Assembly (NCBI RefSeq): GCF_009914755.1
Contig: NC_060929.1
Source of the DNA: the human T2T-CHM13v2.0 reference genome, Homo sapiens
Reading direction: 5' to 3' (one strand)
DNA length: 64,000 nt
Every line of letters begins with the position of its first letter. Position 1 is the first letter of the stretch. A program made the translations under genes and the position numbers. Below, piece after piece: positions 12,046 to 27,183 of the stretch. A model generated the notes under the pieces. That model was not told the origin of the DNA and made no database searches. It worked only from the letters and a program-made list of their open reading frames with translations.

Positions 12046-15000
12046 ACTCTCCCACACCCTTATACACACACCAAGCGATTTTGATTAGAAATCCCACTGA
12101 AGCAGATCCAATTGAATAGGTAGAATGGAACTTCATTCAAAAAATCTTTGAAAGCCTTAAGATTTTAGGCTAGGGCTGCCCTGAGGAAACTTGCTATGAA
12201 TTGTTTCACTTTATTCTATCTCATTTCTCATCTCTCTCAACTGCACACACTAAGGCTTGGATTTTTTGTTTTATTGTTTTGGCTTAAGATTCTCTGTTTC
12301 TATATCAACAAGCTTCTAGGAAGAAAATTCAGTGATAGATTGCTTTTTATTTTTTTCTCAGCCCAGTGTGAAGAGGCTGTACCCAAACTGTGTTCTAAAT
12401 CAATCTTATGTGTTAGCTCACCAACATCCTTTTTTCATCTTGTACTAACTGGAACTTGTGATAAAAATCTAGCAAGTCAGATTAGCAGGCCAGGGCGGTT
12501 GGAGTAAGACAAATCATGTTGTCTTTTTGATTGCTTGCTCTCCTGTGTTCACATTCAGCTTCTCAGAGGCAAGGGGTTCCTATAGTTTGGGTACAACTGT
12601 AAGAGCTGAAACAGTTGGTAAGTACATGGAGAATAACAGTGTAGTGGAAGTGTTTGGAAGGAGGGCACTTGGCAGGATGAATGAGGTATTTAGTTTTATC
12701 TTCTTATTTATGATGGAGGATATATCTGCTCATCTCCTTAGTGCTGCAGCATCTGTGGGGCATATTCTTTATTCTGGAATTGAACCAGACCCCTGGCCAC
12801 TCCACAGTTGACTTGAGCCACATGAGCTTCAGAGGAACTTTATTACTGGGTTCACCAAACATATACAAAACACCTCAGTGTATACAGCCTTAGGTTATTC
12901 CAGTCTTCTGTGGAACCACTAGCGGTATGACCCAAAATGTGGGATCCACAAGGGCTAAGACCTTGACTATCTTATATTTTGATATCTTCCTATTCCATAT
13001 GTGTGGAGGAAACACAGTATTCAATAAATATTTGTTGGATGAATGAACACAACTTTATTGTTCCCAATTTCAGTCATTTGCATACTACCTTCACGAGTTC
13101 TACAACATTCATAAAATAGCTGTGCTGTTATTTGCTTAATAGTTTTTTTATTCATTTTTTTTTACTTTAGCTTCATGTTCGGCAATAATATAGGTGAAAT
13201 CCTGGGTTATATCTAACACATATTAAAAACAAATAATAAAAAGGAAATATCTCACCTTGCACCACTCCAAACCATTGTGCATTCCAGCAGTGGTGTGCGT
13301 CCCTTGCTTTAGAAGATTTTAAAGATGCAGTCATACTCTGCGTGCTATCATAATGACATTATTAGACTAGAAATCCCTGAAGAACTGTATTTTGCTTTGC
13401 TCCATTTCCTCTCTGGCTTTAGAATGACTATTAGACTGGAAGTTTAGCTAATCCCACATGCAGAATGATGTACGAATTAAGTATCACTGTATGAAGAGAA
13501 ATCACCCTATCCAATTACAATTAGAACCTTAGCTACTCTCTATATTTTTTGAATTGCTAGGTCTGAGAAATCTATAATTATGGTTTTCCCCTACGCTGAC
13601 CTTGACCAGCACAGGGAGTTTCAGAATCTATCTTGAAAAGCCCATTTTCAAAATTGACTCAGTCCTATGTGACATTTTACATTATTCCTCTTTGACTAAT
13701 TATAGTCCACAATAAGAAGTGATAACTTCATTTTAACACATGTAAGTATTTCAAATAATAAAAAGTTTACTATGAAGGTGTAGTTCCATTAAGATAAAGA
13801 AAGAAAAAATAAAGCACACACATGTACTTAAATATATGATTAGATGCCTTGTAAAAGTTAGCAAAAGAATAGGCACAAAAGGCTAATTGAATACATCTCA
13901 GGGACTACTTTTTTTCTGCTCAAGACTTTCCTTACCTATTAATTAAATAAGTAATGCCTTTGAGTTTTCTAAAGAGGAATGCTGTCTCTTTTTTTGCTTA
14001 TTGAAGTGGAGCCACACTACTTCAATAACCATGTTACAGAAGAGCTATGTTTCTCTGAAGACTTAATAATTGCTGAATCGTCAACTGTTGCTGGGTTTCA
14101 ATGACGTCTTCCTAATTTTGAAATATTCAACCTTAAACCTCAGTTTGAAGTAGTATTTGAATATACCTTCAAACAGAAACCTCTGTATATAATTCCTCCG
14201 AAACATGAAATCCCTGTAACTCTTTCAATGAAGTTGTGTTGGTGTTCCCCAGGGGCAGAGCTCATCAATTCTGCTGACACCAGAGCTTCGGATTCCTTAA
14301 AGCAGAACCCCTGTGACATCTTCATTCCTTTCCAGTCTAGAATCAAGGAAAACTGATGTATAACCACCATTCTAAATTCTAAAGATTAAGAAAAATCTCA
14401 AGTAAATATTTAAAATAAACACTCAAAATATATCTTATCCCTAAGCAAAATTGTGCTTTGCTCATGGTAGCCTAAGAAATGGCTGCATGTTCATTCTACT
14501 TCAAGTCATTCAGAAGAAAATAATAAATATGACCTTTAAAATATTTTAGTGGCAATGTTATCCATTATTAAGAGCCAATTATCGTTAGCAATATTTAGGG
14601 CACTTTGGACAGTGCTAAATCTCATTATTTGTTCATAAATCAAGGTAACTTGAATTACTCTGAAATTACTGTGTTACCTCAGAAAAATAATTTGATAAGA
14701 ATATTAATGCAAACAAGATACAAAGGCTTCAAAGGGGCTTTAATCGAAAGATTTAGAGGAGAAATCTCCAATCTTAGAATCACCATTTTAAAACATTTTC
14801 TATGCTTACTTATTCACTTAAGTAAATACATTTCTGTAGCTTAATCCAAACAAATGCATGTTTTTGAAAGCAATAAAAAGGCATTTATTTAAAAATGTTC
14901 TATGCTTACTATTTCCTGCTGACCTTCTTTTTATATAGCTTAAGTCACTGACTGTGCTGTATTTTTGCCCACTGTCATAAAAAAAGTATGTAAACTGCAG

Positions 15001-17099
15001 TCTGGCCAATGATGAGGGAATGAGAAATTATGCTTAGAATTAATCTGTCAGGTTAATTTAATCACTTTATGACTGGTTTTAAATTGGGCAGATAATCAGT
15101 GCTAACATCCCATTCCATCTCAAATTCACTGAGGTCTCTACAGTCTCATGGGATCAGAATAAGTTATCAGTGGATTTTGGGTAGTGTGTGTACATCTTCA
15201 CAAATCAGATAACATTCAGAATTTTTATTCTACTTTTTGTAAAAATAATCCGGGACCACGAAAGTGTCGTCACATCTAGTAAGAGTTGAAGATCTGAAAC
15301 AACACAGTGAAATTCCTGGTGTCATTTTAAAGATCTTTTTGAAAACTTGGTCAGTGGATGATTTTTTTCCTCTAGAGAGAAGATACCAAGACTATCTTAT
15401 AAGCATCCTAATTGTAATTTCATCACATGATTAGTACAGATTTATTTAAGAAGTTAGATGACTTTACATATAATTAAATGGTCAGTTGCTAGCAACTAAG
15501 AGAATTATATCTTAAAACAAATATAGATAATAAAGGTTTATTTTTCAATTTATTTTCCAAACATATAATTTAGGAATACTTATTTAACATCATTTTAATC
15601 TGACATTAGATAAACGAGCTAAAATTTAAATTATCCGAGAGGAAAAGGAGATTTAAAAATATCTAATATTTAAATTCTGAGTGAGCACGGAGAAGGTAAA
15701 AGGAGCTGGCTGAATTCTTAATGGTGAAAAGAGTCTTTCATAGCAAGTATTAATTTCCATAAAAATCATAGTAAGTGGTCACTGAAAAAATCTTGCTTTC
15801 CAAATGCACAATTTGTTTGAAATAACCAGATGTAAAGATTAAGTAACAGCAAGATTGTAAATAGGCTGTTTTGCAGTTTGATTTGGGATTATTTACAAAA
15901 AGATGTTGGCCAGAATATTTTGCCTATGAAATTGTTCTAAATCACAGAGTAACTGCAATTGTAATAGAAAAAATTTCAACGTCCTAAATGTCTTCTTTCA
16001 TGAAATCAGATCAAAATGTTTTAAGTAATTAATATAAAAACAATTAAATATAAACATTTATTTAAGTAAAATTAAGTATAAAATTAATGAAGAAAATTCT
16101 ACTAACTTAACCAGATGAAAAAATCATTTTGGTGATTAACAAATCTAATGCTGCAATGGATACAAAGCAGAATATAGGAATTCAAAACAAGGTCTACTGC
16201 TTTGAAATGAAACTGACCCTTCCTGCATTCAGAATGAATTTCAATTATGTTTAGAAGCCTAGCTTGTCAGTTGCATTTTCCTTGCTTTCCAAATGTGCGA
16301 TTTACTTGAAGTAACCAAATTAGGATATGGATGGTGCTTATTCAAATGTGCACATGATGTCTTTCTTAGCATAAATAAAAGAGGCCTAAACACATTGATT
16401 ATTTAGAATTTTCTTTGGATGTATCCATTCTCTCAATTTGGTAACAAAGTAAGTTACAAACAGCTGTTGGATATTTTGTGACAGGAAAGAAATGTTATTA
16501 AATTGTCTTCACATATAACATTCAAATAATATTCCCTTTGCTATTATCCTTTGCCAAGGAACTAATTTAGAATGGCAAGGATTGAAATAGAGAATATGGC
16601 ATTCAAAAAGGAAGAAAAAAGCATGTATAATCAGCTCACCTGGGTAAAGCCTTCATAAATTGCTCAGTTCTGAAGGAGACATGGATAAAATGCAGTATGT
16701 ATTTTCGAAAAGGAAGAAGCTGAAGATTTGAGTACCTTTTCTTGCTCTACTTTGGATTTATCTGGGTTCTCTAAATCCAAAATCTGATTAGCATATTTAA
16801 TCTTAAGCAGCATCAGGCATGATCACCCATCCTTTAACGAGTCTATTATCTGTCCTAACCATTCCTAACAGTCTGTTTATATTCAAATATACTTTTAGTA
16901 AACAATGATGCACTGTGTGCTTTTGTGGCTTCAGAATTTTGATAGTGGTATTTATTAAACACACCTATGACGTTCACACGGTGCAGATGAAATAGAGGCA
17001 AGCCAAACAGAAACAAAAACTTAGATGATCTAGTTCAGCTTTTCACATGGGTTGGGCTAAATATTAGGTAATTCATTTACGTTTGTGTAGTAGACTGGG

Positions 17100-17310
17100 G
17101 CAGAAGCAGTATGGCATATAGTATGGTAGAGGTAACAGACTTTGATTCAGAAGACTTAAATTTCAGTCGGTTTCCATATCCCATGTTTACCTTGGGAAAC
17201 TGACTTGACTTCTCTTAGATTCAGTGCGCTCATTTGTAAAACTGGGATAAGTATTATAGTTCCTGATATAGAAGTTTTTTAATCCCATGAGATATGTAAA
17301 TGAAAATATA
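17100..17310 (+). mobile_element. MIR
   Basis: accttgggaaactgacttgacttctct...ctcatttgtaaaactgggataa core. Confidence 0.65.
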
Positions 17311-17499
17311 GTTTAGAAGTACAGTTTAGAATATTAAATAAATGAAAAATTATTTCTATTTATACTAGTAACATATGGAATTAGCCATAATTACTCAGGT
17401 GGTCCTAAATGAATGTTAATGCATAACAAAAATTTAGGCTTGTCTATGGCTCTGCAAGAACATAAGTCATAGTATAGTAAGAGGTTGAAGGAAAGGAAA

Positions 17500-18150
17500 A
17501 TGATGAAAGTTGAAATGGAAGAGGTAAATTGCCATGCTAAGGAAATTAGACTTTTCCTTTGTCCAAGGACAGTGAGGGGCATTATTTTGAAGAGTTTTAA
17601 GTAAGGCAAAGACTAGATGACATTGTTCCTTAGCAAGATCTCCTTGGCTGCAGTGTGAAGAACTGATTGGGAGTGAAACTGGAAAGTAGGGAGACCAGTG
17701 TAGGAGGCTGATGCAGAAACCAGATGAATGATCTTAAGTAGGATGGTGGCAGAGGGAGAGACAGAAGATGGAGAGGGAAAGAGAGGGAGATATCAAGATT
17801 CAAGAAGTATTAAGACATTAAGAAGACAGGATTTAAGAGATTGTTTGGCTGAGGAGTAGAGTGGGGTAAGGGATAAAGCAGACAAATTAAAACAGTGCCC
17901 AAACTTCCATGTTAGGCAATATTATAATAATACAGGAATATAGAATCAGGAAGATGCTTGGGGAAAGATAATTTAATTTTAGACATGCAGTATTTGGGAG
18001 GCTCTGGGACATCTAAGCAGGTGTGTTGGACAGTTGGACAGAGAAATGTGGGATCCAAAGAATGTCCTGCAGAAATGTGTAGAGTAACAAGAGAAGACTC
18101 AACCTGAAAAATAAGCAAAATTTAGGAGACTAAAGAAGGAAACTGAGACT
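17500..18150 (-). mobile_element. L2 fragment
   Basis: Purine-rich antisense L2 (gagttttaag...ggctgcagtgtgaagaa...gggagaccagt...ggaggct). Confidence 0.65.
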
Positions 18151-20474
18151 GGAAGTGCTTTTGTCAATGCAGTTATTAGAAAACGTCTTTAAGATAGCTC
18201 TGGTAAGAAAGGAAAGGATCTGGAGTAAAGTATTTGGGCTTAAGCTTTGGCTGTCCTATTAACACCATGACTTTGGAAGTTACCCCATCTTAGCCAACTG
18301 TAAAATGGGAATAATAATACTAATATTCATTTTATGGGGTTAAGGATAAAATAACTGTCAACCTTCTATATATAGAGTCATGTGTAAAAATTACTAGTAT
18401 TATGAGAATAAGCTAAACAGTTATGCTTCCTTAAAAGCTTGTTGTAAATAGAGATCTGTAATTCTTAGAAATATATTGTAAACAACAGGTAAAAAATAAC
18501 TTTTATAATGTCCAGAAGTCTAAGTTTGCAAAAATTACATTAGTACTGATGTTAGATATACTGAACAAGGAGAATGTATGTACTATTTTCACTGTATAAA
18601 ACAAAACTCTTTATATGATAAATTTACCATTATAATAGAATGAAAAATGTGTTTATTTTTCATGAGGATGTAGGAAGTGGCTGGGAACTAAAAAAAAAGA
18701 TTGGTATGGCAAGCCTAGTAATTTGTAGAAAAAGATGGTGTTTTTTGGAAATAATAATTATTAGACATTTCTACAGCCATGAAAACTTTGAGGTCCACAC
18801 AGATACATGCATATTTTCTCCTGTTACCCCAGAACACACAGAGTTCCAAGTGGCTTCCCACCTGCGGATACACTCCCATGGAAGCCCTCAGTATGATACA
18901 GAGAAGGGATGATGGTTGGGACCAACAAAGCACCTTAGGTTTGAATTTGCACACATCCTTGAGCATCTTTTCTTTGGAGTTCTAGTTCCAAATTCTCCAA
19001 ACTGCTTGGTACTACTCAAATTTGTTCCATAAACACAAGTAAACCTAACAAAAAAGCAAAATAACTCTTAGCAGTAAAGCTGTTGCATAAATGGCATTTT
19101 AAATCGTTACCCCCACTGATAGAGATGACTTCAGCTCACTGCTACCTGAGAGTAGTAACAAATATTTATAAAGTACTCTACTGAGACATTCGGAACATCA
19201 CACTGCTCCAACAGACGATTTCAGGCTAGAGTGAAATGGGCAGGATAAAAGTAAACAAAAATAAAACTTCAGACTGGATCAGCTGTCCACTTACTCTGTT
19301 CTAAAATAAACAAGAGTACCATTTTCAATTTCTACTGCTGGGTGGAACTTCCACATGACTAAAAATAAAACCTCCTCACAAGTTAAGTGGTTAGAAGAAT
19401 GTTCTTAATCCTCCACAGGTGAGGCAAAGAGTTTGTCTGGTATAGTTCCCATGGGCCAGGAATGGAAAGTCAGGGCATTTTTTCATTCTTTATGCTGAGT
19501 TTGTCTGTCTCTTATCAGACTTCTAGTTAGAAAGAAAAATATTTCCATTAGGAGAAAGTTTCCCCCCCTCCCCAACTTAAAATCTGTTTAAAATTTCACA
19601 TCTGACCCACTATTCTGCAGAGTTATCACTATGCCAGGAGTTGCAAAAAGGAGGAGTATTTGTTGTCTGGTGCTATGGCTTTGACTGCTTAGCAAGAAAA
19701 AAAAAAAGGAGTAGTCTTGAAGAAATAAAGTTAAAAGTGTCACTTCCATCAATGAATACAACTATATATATGGATATACTTCAGTAAAAATAGAATGAGT
19801 AATTTGCCTCTTAGGCCAATTAACATGCCCAAATATTCATCCTATAGTTGAAAATTCATTATTTTCTCAAACAAGAATTCAGGTTGCTGATTACCTGTCT
19901 TCCCTATGCCATCCTTATTTTTTAAATGACCTTCCTTTTGACCATTTCTAGTTTTGGGCAAATAAATGGAATTATTTGAAAATCTATCATATATAATAAA
20001 ATTCACTCCCTCTTTCAGAAATTCTTTTGAATTCTATCCTGATTGTCCTGGAAGGATGGTAGGGTATAGTGTAGGAAAAAAATATTTTTTTAGTATTTAG
20101 TTTATGTTCACAAGTAATTCCTCTAATCAATGACTCATTTTGAAGATGCAGGTACTTGGCAACATTATTACCCCTGCCCCAAAATACAGCCTGTCTCATC
20201 TGCTCCTGTGGGCTTAAAGCTCTCAAGCATCTGCCCCCACTTTATCAAGCACCCTCCCCGATCTGCACAGAATATCAAACTTCCCTGCCTTTTCCAACCT
20301 CTTGGCAACTACTCTTGCTTTGCCTCAGGACCTAGATCTTATATATTTGAAGATAGAGACTCCTAATTTTGCACATTGGATTTATTTTGTCCTACATATT
20401 TTTTTTTCTAATAGAGATAACAGCCCCTTTTAACCTCAACAAATACACAAATTTCACTCAATACCCACCACCCA

Positions 20475-20516
20475 TCTCTCTCTCTCTCTCTTTCTCCCCC
20501 TCCCTCCCCCCCCCCC
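20475..20516. repeat. (CT)n plus C-run; G-rich on the minus strand
   Basis: tctctctc...ccccctccctccccccccccc. Confidence 0.85.
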
Positions 20517-21144
20517 AGAACCTAATAACTGGGTCTCAGCCCTAATAAAATTTTCACTGTGAAAATTTTACTCTAAATAATTAATGGATTTGTTTTATAG
20601 AACATCTTCACCTAATATTTTGTTGTATCCACATTAGCAACACAGTTCCAGGACCAGCTATCTATTGTTGTTATGTGGGATTAATTTGGCTTATTAACAA
20701 ACTTATTCTTCCTCCTTCCATCTTGGTCTCTCCCTTTGTTATCCTATTATTTTCTGTCTTCAGCCAAATCCCTAACTGGGTCTTTAAAAGAATTTCTCAT
20801 TTTTCCAACTAAATAAAATATGTGGGCTTCTAACTCTTCATGTTCCATCAACATGTGAAAATATCAAAATCCAACAATTAGCAGTATTAGACAAGTAATA
20901 AAAATTAGATATATCGCTTTAAACCTGAAGAACAAAAATTATTGACTTTATATATGTATGTATATATGTAAGTCTGTTTGTATTTGACCCCAAACTATAC
21001 TTTAAGATTCAAATCAAAGTTTTAAGTCTCCCAAACACAGACACTTTTAAAAAGGCTTTTGCATTTCTTGTACATTATCAATTCGAAACAGGTTAACGAT
21101 TGAAATCCAGCTTTTCTCATTTTTCAGGACACTTGTCAAAACAT

Positions 21145-21187
21145 GTTAAACACACACACAAAACAAAATAGATTTTAAAAATTTAAT
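21145..21187 (-). terminator. NUDT12: NUDT12 distal polyadenylation signal and GU-rich downstream element
   Basis: ATTAAA (minus, 21187-21182) followed ~15-40 nt later by TTTTGTTTTGTGTGTGTGTTT. Confidence 0.65.
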
Positions 21188-23174
21188 GTATTATTACATT
21201 CATTTCCAGTAGAATACATTCACGGCACTATCACATCTACTATTCTTTTGAACTGGCCATTCCTTCTATTTACATAGCTTTTCACCTCTCAGAGGTTGGC
21301 AATTTAAGAGTTCTTATTAAAATAATAATTTACCTAGATGCTGATTTTTTCCCAAGTAAGGATTAAATATCCAAAACAAAATGTATAACTACACTTGTTG
21401 ATACTTTATATTCTACTTTCCTATTTTAACATTATGAAAACCTGGAATTTTACAATGTAATCTTAGAATCTGCAAGTATTAAAAGTACATTTAGAGTAAA
21501 ACTGAATTTCAAGATGCTCTATTTCATAATAATCAAGGTACATTATTTTCCATATACTTATGTAGCTCGAATTTTATTATGTATCTAAATGTCCTCTGTC
21601 AGTTTTAATTTGGTTTAAATTCTTGATACCAATAAGCCTTCATCAATTCCTAAGAAAATCACTGCTCATTAGTAAAATAAAGTTTTATCTGACAGTTATC
21701 TTTTATTTAAGTTAAATAAATGTTAAGTATCTAAAATTTTAATTAACAATATTTGGTAAATTAAATTTATTCTTATCATTCCTTCTTTTAATTTTGTCTA
21801 TATATATTTTTAGTAATAGCTTCTAGTTCCTTTTACAGGGAGAATCGTCCTCTGCATTATATAGTACAGACTGTTGTAATTAGTTATGTAACTTTCACTA
21901 ATTAGGTAAATTCACCTTTCACAATTTCTTTTTCCTTATCTATAAAATAAGGAAAGCTAATTTCATATATTATCCTTAAGGTCTCTTGTAGCTCTAGCAT
22001 ACATTAGTAAAGATGCAAATTATACAAATTTTGATATTCATAAACTATAATAGCTATTAAATCAATTTCAAAATAGCCTTTCAAAATGTGACTTTCTATG
22101 TTGCAAAATTGTGAACTACTATGTTTTGCTTTCTCTAGAATCTTACTGATTCAGCTCTAAAATATACTTACTTTGTCAAGGCTTCTTAGAATGTGTTGAA
22201 ATAAGGTCAAAGCCAAGATATATTTGAGCATAATAAATAGTATTGGTAATGATTATACAATTTTTTGTTAACACAGATACATCACTCATCACAAAATGAA
22301 ATAAAGCCAATGTTTTAAATTAAATATGTAAATCTGCCTGGGACTTATTTAATATCCGACCTTTGAGGAGAATTCCTTTCAAGTTTAATTTCAGTGCAAA
22401 AGCAGAGAATCTTGGTTTGTCTTAATAACAGCTTTAGGTATAAGTAACATATAAGTAGATATGTTAATTAATTTTAGGTCTAAAAGAGAGGTCCCAGATA
22501 TAATAGTATGCTTTTCTCCTTCCATGAGGGTGTGGTATTGAGATCACTATTAAATTATTAAATTAGAAAATTCTTAACACTGGTCAAATTAGACGAGTGG
22601 CGACACTATAACACCTCCACTGCTAGAACAATGGAACCCCCAGGAAAGAGCAAGTGGGACTACAATGGGGAGATGAACAAAAACCATATATTGACAACTT
22701 AAAGGTAACAAAAGGACTAAAAAATCAATGCCAGCTAACTCAAGCTAATACAAGCTAAAAATTCATTAAAATTACTTTGATTCATTTCTCAAATCAGGAA
22801 CTTTCTTCATCATCAGTTTAATGCTTACAAGAGGCACTGAAATTTATGCACATTTCTAGAACATCTTTCCAACATGATGTCTCTTATTAGAAAAATGGTT
22901 TTGTGAGATAAAACTGTGAAGGAAGAAAAGAAACCAAGAGAGAAAAAGTTCAGAGAAGACTGACCCAAATTTAACATAATCTGAGGCAATATTGTAAAAA
23001 TGTGTAAAAATATGAATTTGTGATTAAGACAGAACACTTTGAAAATATTTCGAAAACCCAACATCGTATTTTGTGTTGTGACACTCTCAAGAGTACTGAA
23101 TAATCTCTAATATCACTTGAGGAATGAGTGTTATTAGAAATTATTAAATAATACTCAAAGCTTAGTTCTTAGAT
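21168..23174 (-). other. NUDT12: NUDT12 3' UTR (~2 kb, AU-rich, probable MIR fragment at ~21850-21990)
   Basis: Between the TAA stop and the distal poly(A) signal. Confidence 0.7.
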
Positions 23175-23285
<111 letters not shown>

Positions 23286-23435
23286 CTAAAACACACCATA
23301 ATAGAATGCATTAGGATTTCAAAGCTGTCATATTTAAATACTATTCCCATGTTTACATAATTCAATTAAAATGTGATGAGTTTTACAGTGAATAACAACA
23401 GTAGAAAGTGACAACATCCATATTTACATGCAAAG

Positions 23436-23728
23436 TTTTTTTTTTTTTGGAAACAAGGTCTTGCACTCTGCCACCCAGACTGGAGTTGCAGTGGTGGGAT
23501 CATGGCTCATTGCAGCTTTGACTTCCTGGGCTCAGGCGATCCTCCTGCCACAGCCTCCCAAGTAGCTGGTACCATAGGTGCACCTGGCTAACTTTTTAAA
23601 AATTATCTGTAGAGACAGGGTCTCCCTATGTTGCCCAGGCTAGTCTCAAACTCCTGGGCTCAATCAAGCTTCCTGCCTTGGCCTTCCAAAGTTCTGGGAT
23701 TACAGGTATAAGCCACCACGCCCCGCCT
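23436..23728 (-). mobile_element. AluJ in intron 6
   Basis: Poly-T, then diverged Alu with J-type features (ctcctgggctcaa, tatgttgcccaggct). Confidence 0.9.
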
Positions 23729-24500
23729 CAACATGCAAAATTTAGGACAGCATTTTTAATTGCTTCACTGAGTAAGTGATTCAGTTTCTAAAATGTTCCA
23801 GAAAGACACATTCCCTTATGAAAATGACATCACGAAAAAGCAAAATGTACGCTCCACACTTAATTTCTAAGCAAAGCCAACTTTTGAAACAGATTCTTTT
23901 TTATAAAATTCATAAGCAATAATCTAATTTCCATCTTTTAGGATTAAGCATAGAATAAAATTAATTTTATGCAGGCAAAGTCAGAAAGAATTTCAGGTCA
24001 GATGAGTAATTTATCTTTTAATATATTATTTAGGAATGACATTTTAAAAAGTTATTTTAAGTGTATGTTTATTATACAGTTATGTCATTCTTGTCCTTAA
24101 GTACATTTTAAAATGAATAAAAACTTTCTGAAAATTTTAAGCACTTACTGATGTTTTTTGAGAGCTACTTGTTTTAATGTTATAAACTAAAATATAAAAT
24201 GTATAAGAATATTCCTGTTTCTCATCTATGAATTAATGTTTTTCTAAACCCACTGATAGGTATTATTATTTATGTGAAGGAATGGAATCTGAAACTCGAA
24301 ATGGTACAGAATCATCTCTACTAGAAAAATCTCATAGAATAAGTTAATATAGATCACATTAGTGAAACATACTCCTCCTGTATGGAATTACTAATTACCA
24401 TGTAATCCATGCATAATGAGAGGGCCAAAGGCATCATTCAACTTGCTGAAAATATGCATCCTTGCTCTGTGACCAAACCAATACAGTCAGGGAACAATCA

Positions 24501-24893
<393 letters not shown>

Positions 24894-25399
24894 TTAAAGT
24901 ACATGACCACATATAGAATATCAAAATGCCAACAATAAACTTTTCGTTTTTTTAAGGTACAAATTTGTCAGTTACATTTTAAAAATAATGATACCATCTA
25001 AAAATATCCAATACCTAATACTGGTTAAACACTATGCAAACACTTTATATCTTATCTCATGTATACATTGTCCACGAAATAGTTATAAATTACATGATTT
25101 TTACAAATAGCTCTTTCACACTAAAATTCTGAAACTTTTTTTTATTATGTTGTCAAACAATTATTGCAGGTAACTCTTTTCAGGTCATTACAAGATTACA
25201 AACTACATAAGATGAAATTTAATACTTTTTCTAAGCAATTATTTTCCTCTAGATGACTGCTGACTCTGCTATGGTAAGTGATGCCTATAAATGTACTTTA
25301 TATTTCTAATTTGTTGGAATTAAGAATTAGAATAGGGGAAATTGTTTCTAAGTAAAATCATTTCTAAGTAAAATCTGGAAGTTTAGAAACATTTTGCTA

Positions 25400-26110
25400 A
25401 ATATTGCTGTATTTAGCAAAATATATTTTAAATATAGCTTTCTATTTCAAATAGATTGATAAATTTCCTACATGAAAATTAACTTATAATAATCAAAAGA
25501 ACACATATAGTAAAAATATAATTATAGACTAGTGTAAGGTATTTGCAAAACCATAACTAACAAAAGATTAGCATATGCTACATATTTAAGAATTCTTAAA
25601 ATGAATAAAAAAGGATAAACAATGAAAACAAAACTAGGTAAAAGATAAACATCTAAAATTCAGAGAAAAGAAAACTGAATGCCTAATACACATTTGAAAA
25701 AAGATGTTCCATAGGCAAGAAAATGAAAATGAAAACGAGATACGATTTCATTCACTCCTCAGAATGACAAATTTAAAAGTCTGAAAATCCTAACTTGGTG
25801 AAGATGTGGAATAATGGAACATTTCATGTTCTGCTGGAGGAAGTGTAAATTGGCAGAAACACTTCAGAGACAACTTGGCAACATACAGAAAAGGTTAAGA
25901 TGCTCATAACACATGAGCTGGTCGTACTACTCTATGTATATAACCTAGATAACTCTTGCAAATGTGCACAAGGAGAAGTATAAAAATATTAATTGCAGTG
26001 CTGTTTGTAATAAGAACTTTAAAATAAACTAAATGTCCAATCAGCAGAATGGATAAATAGTGGAATATCCATGAATGGATTACTACCCAGCAGTTAAGAC
26101 AATGACCTAG
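25400..26110 (+). mobile_element. Old L1 (L1ME-like) fragment in intron 5
   Basis: gaaaaaagatgttc...ggtgaagatgtggaataatggaac...ctggaggaagtgtaaattgg...aaatgtccaatcagcagaatggataaa. Confidence 0.7.
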
Positions 26111-26119
26111 AACTACTAA

Positions 26120-26320
26120 AGACAGCATAGTGATTTGGAGCAAGAACTCAGAAACCAACATGCCCAGGCTTAAATCCCTTCCTTATCACTTATTAGCTGT
26201 TTGATCTTGAGCAAATTATTTAGTCCCTATGCCTTAGTGCCCCTACCTGCAAAATCACTGTAATAGTGTATTTTATAAGGTTGTATAAGGATCATACAAA
26301 AAATATATATAAAGCATAGC
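26120..26320 (+). mobile_element. MIR
   Basis: cacttattagctgtttgatcttgagcaaattattta core. Confidence 0.7.
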
Positions 26321-26449
26321 CTGATACTGTTTTATATATATGATATGATCCTCCTCCAAAACACAGCCTGATACTATATGTTTACTGTTATTATCTAGCA
26401 ATGCAAATATTGGAAATTGAAATTGAGATAAAACATATTAATTAGATGT

Positions 26450-26810
26450 ATTCATTCACTCCACAAACATTTACTGACTTTCTACTACATGTGCTACAGG
26501 CATGTGCTATGAGGGTTTCAGATACAGCAGTGGATAAAATAAAGTCCCTGTGCTTATGAAACTTATATTCTTGAAACATAAGATAATAAATTAGTAAGTA
26601 CATATATACATACTTACATACGGTATTAGGTGATGATGAGTGCCATAGGGAAAAATCAGGAAGGATGATAGGGATTGTGAATGCAGGGTATGGGGGCTAA
26701 CTAATGTATCTGGGGCAATCAAGCAAGGCCTCTTTGAAAAGGTAACAGTTGAGTCTAGTACAGAAGGAAATGAGGTGGAACCTAGATACCTGGGTCAAGA
26801 GCAACATATC
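26450..26810 (-). mobile_element. L2 3' fragment
   Basis: ttcattcactccacaaacatttactga...gatacagcagtggataaaa...gtccctgtgcttatg. Confidence 0.75.
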
Positions 26811-26988
26811 AAAGAGCAAATACTGAATTTTTAACAAAGCAGACCAAATTACTAGGAAAAGTAATTTATATAATTCTCATATAAAACATGAGAATTACAT
26901 GTTTATATTATTAAAATTGTATCATTTTTAAAATACCTTAAAATAACCGAGTTTTATAACATGATAATTTATCAGAGATTATTTCTCA

Positions 26989-27183
<195 letters not shown>

